From: Bacteroidota bacterium
GTDB lineage: Bacteria > Bacteroidota > Bacteroidia > Bacteroidales > JAGONC01
Assembly (NCBI GenBank): GCA_026391695.1
Contig: JAPLDP010000069.1
Span: forward strand, 12,886 to 76,885
Length of the DNA stretch: 64,000 nt
Direction of reading: 5' to 3'
Below, in pieces: positions 49,527 through 57,837 of the stretch. Made by a program: the position numbers and the translations under genes. Numbering within the stretch: position 1 is the stretch's first letter; every line of letters begins with the position of its first letter. Below the pieces are notes generated by a model. It was not told the DNA's origin. It saw nothing but the letters and a program-made list of their open reading frames with translations, and searched no databases.

Positions 49527-49572
49527 GGCTGTTCAAATCGTCATAAGCCAGAACTAAACAATGTGAACAGCC
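49527..49572 (-). other. Stem-loop in the ~250-nt region between the small basic ORF and rng
   Basis: Perfect 9-bp arms GGCTGTTCA / TGAACAGCC separated by 28 nt. No T run follows on the transcribed strand. Confidence 0.3.
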
Positions 49573-49593
49573 ATGAATAGTATGAATTAGCTT

Positions 49594-49683
49594 TTACTTT
49601 TTCTTATGCCTGTTCTTTCTTAGACGTTTTTTCCTCTTATGTGTTGCCATTTTATGGCGTTTTCTTTTTTTACCGCTAGGCAT
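49594..49683 (-). CDS. 29-aa Lys/Arg-rich protein, bS22-like (AURKAIP1/COX24-type) candidate
   Basis: ATG..TAA encodes MPSGKKRKRHKMATHKRKKRLRKNRHKKK. It is below the ORF-track cutoff, on the same strand as hup, and 26 nt downstream of it. Confidence 0.5.
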   Translation of the reverse strand: MPSGKKRKRHKMATHKRKKRLRKNRHKKK

Positions 49684-49709
49684 TACCGAAAATTTTTGGA
49701 GTTGGGAAA

Positions 49710-49997
49710 TTATTTCTTCACCTTGCTTTTCACGCCGTTAACAAAGGTTTTTGCAGGCTTGAATGCGGGAATATTATGAGCCGGAATTATAATGGTCGTA
49801 TTCTTGGAAATATTTCTTCCCGTTTTCTTTGCTCTTTTCTTAATGATAAAGCTTCCAAAACCCCTGAGATATACATTTTCTCCGGCTGCAAGAGAATTTT
49901 TTACAGCTTCCATAAAAGTTTCAACAGTTGCCTGTACGGCTACTTTTTCAATACCGGTTTTGTTTGCAATTTCGGCTACAATTTCTGCTTTTGTCAT
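49710..49997 (-). CDS. hup: HU family DNA-binding protein
   Basis: 95 aa. MTKAEIVAEIA..GENVYLRGFGSFIIKKRAKKTGRNISKNTTIIIPAHNIPAFKP. Confidence 0.9.
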   Translation of the reverse strand: MTKAEIVAEIANKTGIEKVAVQATVETFMEAVKNSLAAGENVYLRGFGSFIIKKRAKKTGRNISKNTTIIIPAHNIPAFKPAKTFVNGVKSKVKK

Positions 49998-50044
49998 ATT
50001 CTGATATTTTTAAAGATTGATAATAAATTTTTTTATTAGGGTTG

Positions 50045-50052
50045 CAAATATA
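50045..50052 (-). promoter_or_regulatory. TAnnTTTG -7 box candidate upstream of hup
   Basis: The minus strand reads TATATTTG, 48 nt upstream of the ATG at 49997. Confidence 0.4.
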
Positions 50053-50182
50053 TGATTATTTTAATTCAGTTAAAAATTATTCTGTTTTTTTACAAAAAAA
50101 TAATCCTTTATCTATCTGATTTGTTTATGTTTGAAAACATGATACAGATGGTTTTCATAGCCCTGTCTTTAGATACTGGCAA

Positions 50183-50344
50183 ATGGATTTTCAGGAATTA
50201 ATCATCACCTGGTATGATCAACATAAGCGTGACTTGCCTTGGCGTCATACAGAGGACCTTCATGATTACCCGGTGCCACGGCTGATCGAAATGTTCCTGC
50301 AGGACAATAAAATGTCTTTTCAGGAGAATGAAAATAAAAAATAA
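50183..50344 (+). pseudogene. mutY: Relic of the A/G-specific adenine glycosylase gene (N-terminal ~40 codons only)
   Basis: The 53-codon ORF MDFQELIITWYDQHKRDLPWRHTEDLHDYPVPRLIEMFLQDNK... compares with the MutY N-terminal consensus as I recall it (LxxWYxxxKRDLPWRxTxDPYxxWxSEIMLQQT). It then stops. Only ~300 nt remain before ssb, where a ~1-kb gene would be expected. Confidence 0.45.
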
Positions 50345-50442
50345 TTAAAAACAGGGTCACAATTTTGTGTTTTCCGGATAAATAGTAAAAGATGAAAAAC
50401 GGTTTGCTATACTGTAAACTTTAAGCCGAGTTCATTTTATAT

Positions 50443-50450
50443 TAATTTTG
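50443..50450 (+). promoter_or_regulatory. TAnnTTTG -7 box candidate upstream of ssb
   Basis: TAATTTTG, 37 nt upstream of the ATG at 50487. Confidence 0.4.
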
Positions 50451-50486
50451 TGTTATCCAATTTATTAATCTTTAAAACAACTTATT

Positions 50487-50912
50487 ATGGCAGGAGTTAA
50501 TAAAGTTATTTTAATCGGGAATTTGGGCAGAGATCCTGAAATTCAGAGTTTTGATAATGGGTTGAAGAAGGCGACGTTTACCCTGGCTACAACTGAATCA
50601 TTCAAAAACAGAGAAGGCACGAAAGAACAGCATACCGAATGGCACAGGATTGTTCTTTGGAGGGGATTGGCTGATATCGCCGAATCATATTTAAAAAAAG
50701 GTAGCCAGATTTATCTTGAAGGAAGAATCAGGACAAATCAATGGAAAGACAAAGATGGGAATCCGAAATCACTTGTCGAAATTGAAGGTACTTCAATGAC
50801 CATGCTGGGTGTCAAACGTGATACACCGCTTTCACCTGTTACAGATGAAACACTTGCAGAATCCCAGGTAAACGAAGAACCAGCAAACCAGACGGACGAT
50901 TTGCCATTCTAG
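50487..50912 (+). CDS. ssb: Single-stranded DNA-binding protein
   Basis: 141 aa. NKVILIGNLGRDPE OB-fold start and an acidic C-terminal DDLPF tip. Confidence 0.93.
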   Translation: MAGVNKVILIGNLGRDPEIQSFDNGLKKATFTLATTESFKNREGTKEQHTEWHRIVLWRGLADIAESYLKKGSQIYLEGRIRTNQWKDKDGNPKSLVEIEGTSMTMLGVKRDTPLSPVTDETLAESQVNEEPANQTDDLPF

Positions 50913-50941
50913 ATGGAAAGTTCCCTGGTGGTTTTTTTAGT

Positions 50942-50981
50942 GAAGAGGTCGTTCAGCCTATTATAGGTTGGCAACCTCTTC
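50942..50981 (+). other. Stem-loop between ssb and gldE (possible weak terminator or processing site)
   Basis: GAAGAGGT...ACCTCTTC, 8-bp outer arms with an inner CCTAT/ATAGG pairing. No T run follows. Confidence 0.3.
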
Positions 50982-51014
50982 ATACAATCATGGAGGCCAA
51001 TAAGAATAATTGTG

Positions 51015-51022
51015 TATTTTTG
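51015..51022 (+). promoter_or_regulatory. TAnnTTTG -7 box candidate upstream of gldE
   Basis: TATTTTTG, 36 nt upstream of the TTG at 51058. Confidence 0.4.
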
Positions 51023-51057
51023 CAAATGCATAATTACGGGTCATTTAATCATTTATT

Positions 51058-52419
51058 TTGGAATTCTTGGTCGCGCTTCCTCGCCTGTTTAGTGTGTGCT
51101 TGCTGGCCGGCATAGCTAAAGTTTTTTCAACCGGTATTATCGTTGCCCTGCTGGTCATCATCATTTTACTTTTTTTCTCCGCCATGATTTCTGCTTCAGA
51201 GATCGCTTATTTTTCTATGTCACCGCCTCATCTCAGCAAAATCAGATCATCCAGGAACAAAAAAGACACTGTGATCCTTCATTTGCTTGGACAACCCAAA
51301 TATCTTCTTGCAACCATATTGATTGCCAACAATTTCATAAATCTGGGCGTGATTGTTCTGTCGACCTATATCACTACTGAATTATTTGATCTGATGGTTT
51401 ATCCGGTGTTAACTTTTATTACGCAAGTGGTTATTGTCACGATTATTATACTGTTATTCGGTGAAGTCATGCCTAAAATCTATGCAACACAGTATCCCCT
51501 GAAAGTAGCCAATCTTATGGCAGGTCCTTTGCACATAATGGTTAATTTGTTGTTTCCATTGAGTACCCTACTTGTCAGGTCGACATCCATTATTGATAAA
51601 CGCATGACCAAAAGGGGGCATGACATTTCAAGGGACGACCTTTCCGAAGCCATTAATATCACCTCCAGCGAGGCCACACCCGAGGAAGAAAAAAGGATTC
51701 TTAAAAGTATTGTCCGCTTTGGCGATATGCAGGTAAGTGAGGTGATGAAGCCAAGAATGGATATCACTGCTGTGGATGCCAAAACTACCTTCCCGGAACT
51801 TCTCCATATCATCATCCGATCTGGTTATTCAAGGATACCGGTGTATGAAGATGCCATTGATAATATTCTGGGAATCCTGTATGTCAAAGACCTTATCCCT
51901 CATCTTGACAAGCAGGAACACTATCAATGGTTCTCCTTACTGCGCCCCGCGTTTTTCATTCCCGAAAATAAGAAGATCGATACCCTTTTACAGGAATTCA
52001 GGGATAAAAAAATACACATGGCTGTCGTTGTTGACGAATACGGCGGCACATCAGGACTGGTGACCCTGGAGGATATCATCGAGGAAATCGTCGGAGAAAT
52101 CAGTGATGAGTTTGATGAGGAATCAGATGTAATCAGTTACACAAAACTGGATGATCATAATTATATTTTTGAGGGAAAGACTTCGATCAATGATTTTTGT
52201 AAAATCCTGGATATTAATGATGATATCTTCGATGAAGTAAAAGGTGAATCAGATACACTTGCAGGGCTTATCCTGGAATTGATGGGTAAGATACCTGAAA
52301 AATCTGACAATATTTTTTTCAGGAATTTCGTGTTCAGGATTGAATCAGCAGACCGCAGACGAATAAATAAAATCCGAGTGACATTAAATGATGAAACTAA
52401 AGAAAATGAGTCATCCTGA
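51058..52419 (+). CDS. gldE: Gliding motility-associated protein GldE (CNNM/CorC-HlyC family: DUF21 + CBS pair + CorC_HlyC)
   Basis: 453 aa. TM region with SAMISASEIAYFS, a CBS pair (VSEVMKPRMDI.., SGYSRIPVYE), HMAVVVDEYGGTSGLVTLEDIIEEIVGEI, and a C-terminal transporter-associated domain. Followed by gldD. Non-ATG start: TTG at 51058 or ATT at 51055, with an in-frame TAA at 51046. Confidence 0.8.
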   Translation: MEFLVALPRLFSVCLLAGIAKVFSTGIIVALLVIIILLFFSAMISASEIAYFSMSPPHLSKIRSSRNKKDTVILHLLGQPKYLLATILIANNFINLGVIVLSTYITTELFDLMVYPVLTFITQVVIVTIIILLFGEVMPKIYATQYPLKVANLMAGPLHIMVNLLFPLSTLLVRSTSIIDKRMTKRGHDISRDDLSEAINITSSEATPEEEKRILKSIVRFGDMQVSEVMKPRMDITAVDAKTTFPELLHIIIRSGYSRIPVYEDAIDNILGILYVKDLIPHLDKQEHYQWFSLLRPAFFIPENKKIDTLLQEFRDKKIHMAVVVDEYGGTSGLVTLEDIIEEIVGEISDEFDEESDVISYTKLDDHNYIFEGKTSINDFCKILDINDDIFDEVKGESDTLAGLILELMGKIPEKSDNIFFRNFVFRIESADRRRINKIRVTLNDETKENESS

Positions 52420-53014
52420 AAGATGGTTTTTTTTACTGATTTGCATGGCCCTGCTGTCTGTATCCTGCAAACGACAATATACACCAAAACCAAGAGGGTA
52501 TTTTCGTATTGATACTCCCGATAAAACGTATATCCTTCTGGATTCAATTTTTCCATTTACTTTTGAATACCCTGTTTATGCCAGGCTTTTACCTGATCCT
52601 TATGCCCCCGACCAACCCTTTTGGATGAATATCGATTATCCAAGGTTTCATGGGAAACTGCATTTAAGTTATAAAACTGTAAACGGCAACCTTTCTGACC
52701 TCTTTGAAGATTCCAGAACACTGGTTTTTAAACATATTCCAAAAGCTACTTCCATTGAGGAACAGGAAATCAGGGACAAGGAAAGGGATTTATATGGGAT
52801 GATTTATCAGATCAACGGATCAGGAACAGCATCTCCTTATCAGTTCTTTATCACCGACAGCTGCAGGCATTTTGTCAGGGTCGCTCTTTACTTTAATATC
52901 AGACCTAACAATGATTCGCTGGCCCCGGTTATTGATTTCATCAAACAGGATATCATGCATATGATTGAAACTTTTAAATGGAAAGACAATCCTTTAAATA
53001 AGCATTCCCGGTAA
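52388..53014 (+). CDS. gldD: Gliding motility lipoprotein GldD
   Basis: 208 aa. Lipobox LLSVSCK followed by YTPKPRGYFRIDTP, as in GldD. Overlaps the gldE 3' end. Alternative ATG starts are at 52391 and 52406. Confidence 0.75.
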   Translation: MMKLKKMSHPERWFFLLICMALLSVSCKRQYTPKPRGYFRIDTPDKTYILLDSIFPFTFEYPVYARLLPDPYAPDQPFWMNIDYPRFHGKLHLSYKTVNGNLSDLFEDSRTLVFKHIPKATSIEEQEIRDKERDLYGMIYQINGSGTASPYQFFITDSCRHFVRVALYFNIRPNNDSLAPVIDFIKQDIMHMIETFKWKDNPLNKHSR

Positions 53015-53057
53015 GTTTTATTATCAGTAATTGCGTCAGCTCATATCATTAAATTTT

Positions 53058-53065
53058 TATCTTTG
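53058..53065 (+). promoter_or_regulatory. TAnnTTTG -7 box candidate upstream of the M14 peptidase gene
   Basis: TATCTTTG, 46 nt upstream of the ATG at 53111. Confidence 0.4.
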
Positions 53066-53110
53066 CCATCTTATTTCGTAAAGGTATTATTGCATTTGTC
53101 TTTGTTGGGA

Positions 53111-55501
53111 ATGTTCATATTGAAAATATTTATAAAAAGAGTCGTTTCGATTTTATTGTTGCTGGGTATGACCATCCCCGTGTTTGGTCAGTCAGATACT
53201 TATTCGAGAGCAAAGATAAACACCGATGAACTAGGGCTCAAAAAACTCGCTGAACTGGGTATACCCATTGATGAAGGTATAATTAAAAAAGGTGTATATA
53301 TAATTTCGGATTTTTCTGACACCGATCTGCAAAAAATTATGTCTAACGGATTTACTGTCGAAATCCTGATTAATGATATGTCTGCTTATTATCAAGATAG
53401 GAATACGCGTCAAAGCGAGAGTATAGGGTCTGATGCTCAGTTACGGGATTACCAGATTCCTGATGATTTCAGCCTGGGTTCAATGGGTGGTTTCTGCACA
53501 TATGAGGAAATGCTGGCACATCTCGACAGCATGGCTGCCAAATATCCCACTCTTATTACAGCCCGGGCACCGATCGGTGATATTCTCACTCATGATGGTC
53601 GTCCTTTGTATTGGGTAAAGATATCTGATAATCCGCAAGTCAATGAAGATGAACCTGAGGTTTTCTATACAGGTTTGCATCATGCCCGTGAACCTATTGG
53701 CATGCAGCAATTGCTTTTTTTCATGTATTATCTTCTCGAAAACTATGATACAGATCCGAATATCAAGAACCTTGTGGATAACAGGGAATTGTATTTTGTT
53801 CCGGTTGTGAATCCTGATGGCTATATATACAATCAGGAAACAAATCCCAATGGCGGTGGCATGTGGCGGAAAAACATGAGAGATAACGGCGATGGCTCCT
53901 ATGGTGTGGACCTGAACAGGAATTATGGTTATATGTGGGCTTACGATGACGAGGGTTCTTCTCCCTATACATGGGCTGACACTTATCGCGGTCCTGATGC
54001 CTTTTCCGAACCCGAACCACAGGCTATAAAACTTTTCTGCGAGGAACATAATTTCCAGTTTGCCTTTAATTACCATTCATTTGGCAATGATTACCTCTAT
54101 CCATTTGGATACACTCACATTTATACCCCTGAACCTGATGATCAGATATTTCAGGCTTACGCTCAGGCGATGACTGTGGATAATGATTTTCTGACTGGTA
54201 CTCCCTGGGAAATCTTATATTCTACAAATGGAGATGCCAATGACTGGTTATATGGGGAGCAGTTGACAAAGAATAAGATTTTTGGCGTGACACCTGAAGT
54301 CGGTACAGAAGATGATGGATTCTGGCCTGCTTCCGACAGGATCATCCCTCTGTGCCAGGAAACTATGCTGATGAATTTGCTGGCTGCCTATTATGTTGGC
54401 GCCTATGCCGAAGTTAAAAATATCAGCCCGTCAATCATAGAGCAGACTTATGGATATTTTCTATTCGACCTAAAACGTCTTGGTCTAAATAATAATGGCA
54501 CATATACCGTCAGTATTTCCCCTGTCGGTGATGAAATACAGAACATCGGGGAGCCAAAAGTTTTCACGGGACTTGAAATTTTGCAGTCCCTGACAGATTC
54601 TATCGGATTCAGTTTAAATCCAGATATTTCGAGTGGTCAGGCCATAACCTATATTCTCTCAATTTACAATGGATTCTTTACGACTTCAGATACTATACAC
54701 AAGGTTTATGGTGTGCCGGTAACTGTGTTTGAAGATGACTGCAATGCTCTGATAAACTGGAATGCTGGTTCATGGGGCATCTCCACAACGCAATTCCATT
54801 CTCCTACCGGATCAATTACTGATTCACCCTTTGGCAATTATCAGAATAACATTACCTCATCCATAACCCTAAACCAATTCATTGATTTGTCTACTGCAGA
54901 ATATGCTGTGTTAAATTTTTGGACCAGGTGGGCTATTGAAGCCCGATGGGATTATGTACAGGTGAAAGCTTCATCAAATGGTGGTATAACCTGGATACCA
55001 TTAAATGGTAAATACACAAAACCCGGAAACTCAAACCAGCTTCCCGGGCAACCTCTTTATGATGGATTCCAGACTAACTGGGTAAAGGAAGAGATCGACT
55101 TACATCAGTTTCTTGGCGATAGCATTATCATTCGTTTTACTCTGGTGAGCGACGCCAGTTCGAGAGAGGATGGTTATTATTTCGATGATCTCAGTGTAAC
55201 GATTATCGATATATATAGCGGAATAGGTGAAAACATTATGCCTGATCAAATTATTCTTTCCGGTCCGGTTCCCAATCCCGCAAACTCCGAGGTCAGGATT
55301 ACCTATTCACTACCGCGACTAATGTCAAATACCAGAATGGTTATGTGTAATGCTCTAGGTCAGAAAACAGCAGAAGTGATTATAAAGAATGAATCGGGAT
55401 CAGTGACTTTTAATGTTGAAAGCTGGCAGCCGGGTATATATTATTATATTTTGACCGGACCCTTTGGTTCATCGCAGGCTAAAAAACTGATTATTCAATA
55501 A
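53111..55501 (+). CDS. M14 family zinc carboxypeptidase with a jelly-roll-like middle domain and a T9SS C-terminal sorting domain
   Basis: Start at the ATG at 53111 (MFILKIFIKRVVSILLLLGMTIPVFGQ signal). HHAREPIG..NPDGY..WRKN M14 motifs. The C-terminal VPNPANSEVRITYSL..GIYYYIL..KKLIIQ fits a type A CTD. Confidence 0.85.
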   Translation: MFILKIFIKRVVSILLLLGMTIPVFGQSDTYSRAKINTDELGLKKLAELGIPIDEGIIKKGVYIISDFSDTDLQKIMSNGFTVEILINDMSAYYQDRNTRQSESIGSDAQLRDYQIPDDFSLGSMGGFCTYEEMLAHLDSMAAKYPTLITARAPIGDILTHDGRPLYWVKISDNPQVNEDEPEVFYTGLHHAREPIGMQQLLFFMYYLLENYDTDPNIKNLVDNRELYFVPVVNPDGYIYNQETNPNGGGMWRKNMRDNGDGSYGVDLNRNYGYMWAYDDEGSSPYTWADTYRGPDAFSEPEPQAIKLFCEEHNFQFAFNYHSFGNDYLYPFGYTHIYTPEPDDQIFQAYAQAMTVDNDFLTGTPWEILYSTNGDANDWLYGEQLTKNKIFGVTPEVGTEDDGFWPASDRIIPLCQETMLMNLLAAYYVGAYAEVKNISPSIIEQTYGYFLFDLKRLGLNNNGTYTVSISPVGDEIQNIGEPKVFTGLEILQSLTDSIGFSLNPDISSGQAITYILSIYNGFFTTSDTIHKVYGVPVTVFEDDCNALINWNAGSWGISTTQFHSPTGSITDSPFGNYQNNITSSITLNQFIDLSTAEYAVLNFWTRWAIEARWDYVQVKASSNGGITWIPLNGKYTKPGNSNQLPGQPLYDGFQTNWVKEEIDLHQFLGDSIIIRFTLVSDASSREDGYYFDDLSVTIIDIYSGIGENIMPDQIILSGPVPNPANSEVRITYSLPRLMSNTRMVMCNALGQKTAEVIIKNESGSVTFNVESWQPGIYYYILTGPFGSSQAKKLIIQ

Positions 55502-55599
55502 AACAGATAATAGCAAAAACTATTAAATCGTATTTTTTTTTAACTTCAATTTACTATATAAAGGCCAAAAGGAATGTAGAAAGTTGTGTAACATAATCA

Positions 55600-56529
55600 A
55601 TGAAAGGGGATGGTGCAATGATTCACACTATTAAAATTGGTACTCTTAAATGGCATCATATCAGTGATCCTAAAGAGGACGATCTCAAATTCCTTGAAGA
55701 AGAATTTTACTTCCATCCTCTGGATATTGAGGACTGTCGCAGCTTTAACCAGCGCCCTAAGATCGATATTTACGATGATTACTATTTTCTTATACTTCAT
55801 TTTCCAAGTTTTGACCGGTGGGATAGATTTATTGTCACCAAAGAAGTTAAAATATTCTGGGGTGAAGATTATGTTATTACGGTCGGGAAAACCCATGAAG
55901 TGGTCGACAGGATATTTGATGAATATAAGGAACATGCCGAGAAAAGACTGGAGTTTGACTTCGGAACAAGCGACGCCCTGCTATACAGGATTCTTGACCG
56001 GATAATGAACGATACCTTTACTCTGATCAGAAAAATTGGTTTGGAACTCGAACTGCTCAACCGTGAATTGTTCAATCGCAGGGCAGAACGGATCATTGAG
56101 AGGATATCGTTAACGCGGCGGAATATCATTCTCCTGAATACGATGTTCAAACCCCAACTCCGCCTCTTCCACATGTTTGAGTCGGGCGATATTAAAGGTT
56201 ATGCTGACAGCATGGAGGAATACTGGGGTAATATCCTCGACCATTCGCAGAAAATTTGGGACCTGACAGAAGACTATGCCGAACTTATTGAAGGTTTGTC
56301 TAAAACCTTTGACTCCCTTCAGACCAATAAAATAAATGAGATCATGAAAATATTGACCATGATCTCATCTATTCTTCTTCCTTTGACATTTATCGCCAGC
56401 TTATATGGGATGAACCTGACCAAATTGCCGTTGAGCGGGAATCCGAATTTCTTCTGGATCTTAATGGGTGGAATGCTTGCATTGGGAGTGGCGATGATTG
56501 TTTATTTCAAGAGGCGAAAATGGTTGTAA
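55600..56529 (+). CDS. corA: CorA family magnesium/cobalt transporter
   Basis: 309 aa. YGMN motif (SLYGMNL) before the last TM helix. The start may be the ATG at 55618. Confidence 0.88.
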   Translation: MKGDGAMIHTIKIGTLKWHHISDPKEDDLKFLEEEFYFHPLDIEDCRSFNQRPKIDIYDDYYFLILHFPSFDRWDRFIVTKEVKIFWGEDYVITVGKTHEVVDRIFDEYKEHAEKRLEFDFGTSDALLYRILDRIMNDTFTLIRKIGLELELLNRELFNRRAERIIERISLTRRNIILLNTMFKPQLRLFHMFESGDIKGYADSMEEYWGNILDHSQKIWDLTEDYAELIEGLSKTFDSLQTNKINEIMKILTMISSILLPLTFIASLYGMNLTKLPLSGNPNFFWILMGGMLALGVAMIVYFKRRKWL

Positions 56530-56543
56530 ACCTCTTTGATTTG

Positions 56544-57644
56544 TCACAGCTTGTTATTTTTTGAGGAATCTGTCTGGATATCAATAGATTCCTGGTGTAT
56601 ACGGGTAAATAATTTTATCAGGAAATCCCTGCTGATTCCAAGCCTCACCCCCTTCTTCACCCTGTCGGAAACGAGCTTGCTCCAACGGTCTAGCTGAAGG
56701 ACTGTGACCTTGTACTGCTCCTTGAATTTACCTATTTCCCTCACAATATCCATCCGTTTTGAAAGAATTCTGATCAGTTCATCATCGAGTCTGTCAATTT
56801 CAGCCCTGAATTCTTCCAATCTGGATTCAAATTCAGGTTCACCCTTTTGCTGTTTTATAACCAGCTTCGATAAAACAACCTTCAGGTCTGCAGGAAGTAT
56901 TTGTTGCAGGGCATCTGTTCTGGCCTTATCAGGATCAAAATGAGATTCGATCATCAGTCCATCCATTTTAAGATCCATAGCTTTATGAGCAATATCAAAT
57001 ATCAATTCTCTTTTGCCACCGATATGGCTTGGATCGCAAATCAGAGGCAGATGTGGAATCAGACGTTTGAGTTCGATGGGAATCTCCCACATGGGTATAT
57101 TCCTGTAAATAGAATTTTCAAAATGGTAAAAACCACGGTGTATGGCGACCAGTTTTTTGATGCCTGCTTCATTCAGTCTTTCCAATGCTCCTATCCAGGC
57201 GTTGAGATCAGGTGCAACAGGATTTTTAACCATGACAGGGATATCAACCCCTTTCAGTACATCAGAGATTTCCTGAATCGAAAAGGGATTTATCACGGTA
57301 CGGGCACCTATCCATAAGACATCAACGTCAGAACGCAAGGCTTCCTCTATATGTTCTTTTTTTGCCACCTCAACGGCTGTGAGCAAGCGGGTCTCCATTT
57401 TAACCTTCCTGAGCCAGTCCAATCCTTTTGACCCCACTCCTTCAAAAACATCCGGCCGCGTGCGGGGTTTCCAAATCCCGGCCCTGAAAATCCTTACCTG
57501 TTCAATTTCAGCAAGTCCACGCGCTGTGTTAATCATCTGGCGTTCTGATTCAGCGCTGCATGGGCCCGCAATGACCAGGGGAGGGCTGAACATACTTAAC
57601 CAGGCATCAATAGGTAATATGTTCAGCGACTTTATGGTATCCAT
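56544..57644 (-). CDS. Bifunctional 3-deoxy-7-phosphoheptulonate synthase / chorismate mutase type II
   Basis: 366 aa. KDO8P/DAHP-synthase-like TIM barrel (AGPCSAES, IGARTV, CDPSH) plus a C-terminal chorismate mutase helix bundle (RAEIDRLDDELIRILSKRMDIVREIGKFK). Confidence 0.85.
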   Translation of the reverse strand: MDTIKSLNILPIDAWLSMFSPPLVIAGPCSAESERQMINTARGLAEIEQVRIFRAGIWKPRTRPDVFEGVGSKGLDWLRKVKMETRLLTAVEVAKKEHIEEALRSDVDVLWIGARTVINPFSIQEISDVLKGVDIPVMVKNPVAPDLNAWIGALERLNEAGIKKLVAIHRGFYHFENSIYRNIPMWEIPIELKRLIPHLPLICDPSHIGGKRELIFDIAHKAMDLKMDGLMIESHFDPDKARTDALQQILPADLKVVLSKLVIKQQKGEPEFESRLEEFRAEIDRLDDELIRILSKRMDIVREIGKFKEQYKVTVLQLDRWSKLVSDRVKKGVRLGISRDFLIKLFTRIHQESIDIQTDSSKNNKL

Positions 57645-57803
57645 AATATAAAATTATTAAAAAAAAGTATACAAATGAATCAGATCATACCGTTTATCAC
57701 AGATGTGGATTTCCGTTATGGACTTTAATTTTCCAGACCCGGTCAAAGTCATGTTAATGACGTGGGAGCCATGTTCATTTATACGTTGTAATATAAAAGT
57801 CTT

Positions 57804-57811
57804 TATTTTTG
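57804..57811 (+). promoter_or_regulatory. TAnnTTTG -7 box candidate upstream of asnS
   Basis: TATTTTTG, 27 nt upstream of the ATG at 57838. Confidence 0.4.
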
Positions 57812-57837
57812 CACTTTGAAATTATATACCGGATATT

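Noticed and set aside
50132-50157. The inverted repeat TGAAAAC-N12-GTTTTCA just upstream of the mutY relic.
   Set aside because: It is a 7-bp AT-rich stem in a decaying intergenic region, with no associated gene to regulate and no T run.
57673-57726. A 17-codon plus-strand uORF (MNQIIPFITDVDFRYGL) in the aroG/asnS divergent region.
   Set aside because: It lies upstream of the asnS -7 box at 57804, so it is probably not on the asnS mRNA. It has no distinctive composition.
57606-57752. A 48-codon minus-strand ORF overlapping the start of the DAHP synthase/chorismate mutase gene. It has a Tyr/Phe-rich stretch (HLYTFFLIILYYGYH) that could be mistaken for an aromatic amino-acid attenuation leader peptide.
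   Set aside because: The aromatic run is encoded by the AT-rich T-tract leader immediately before the real ATG. The ORF starts upstream of the only plausible promoter-like element, no terminator/antiterminator structure is evident, and leader-peptide attenuation is not established in Bacteroidota.
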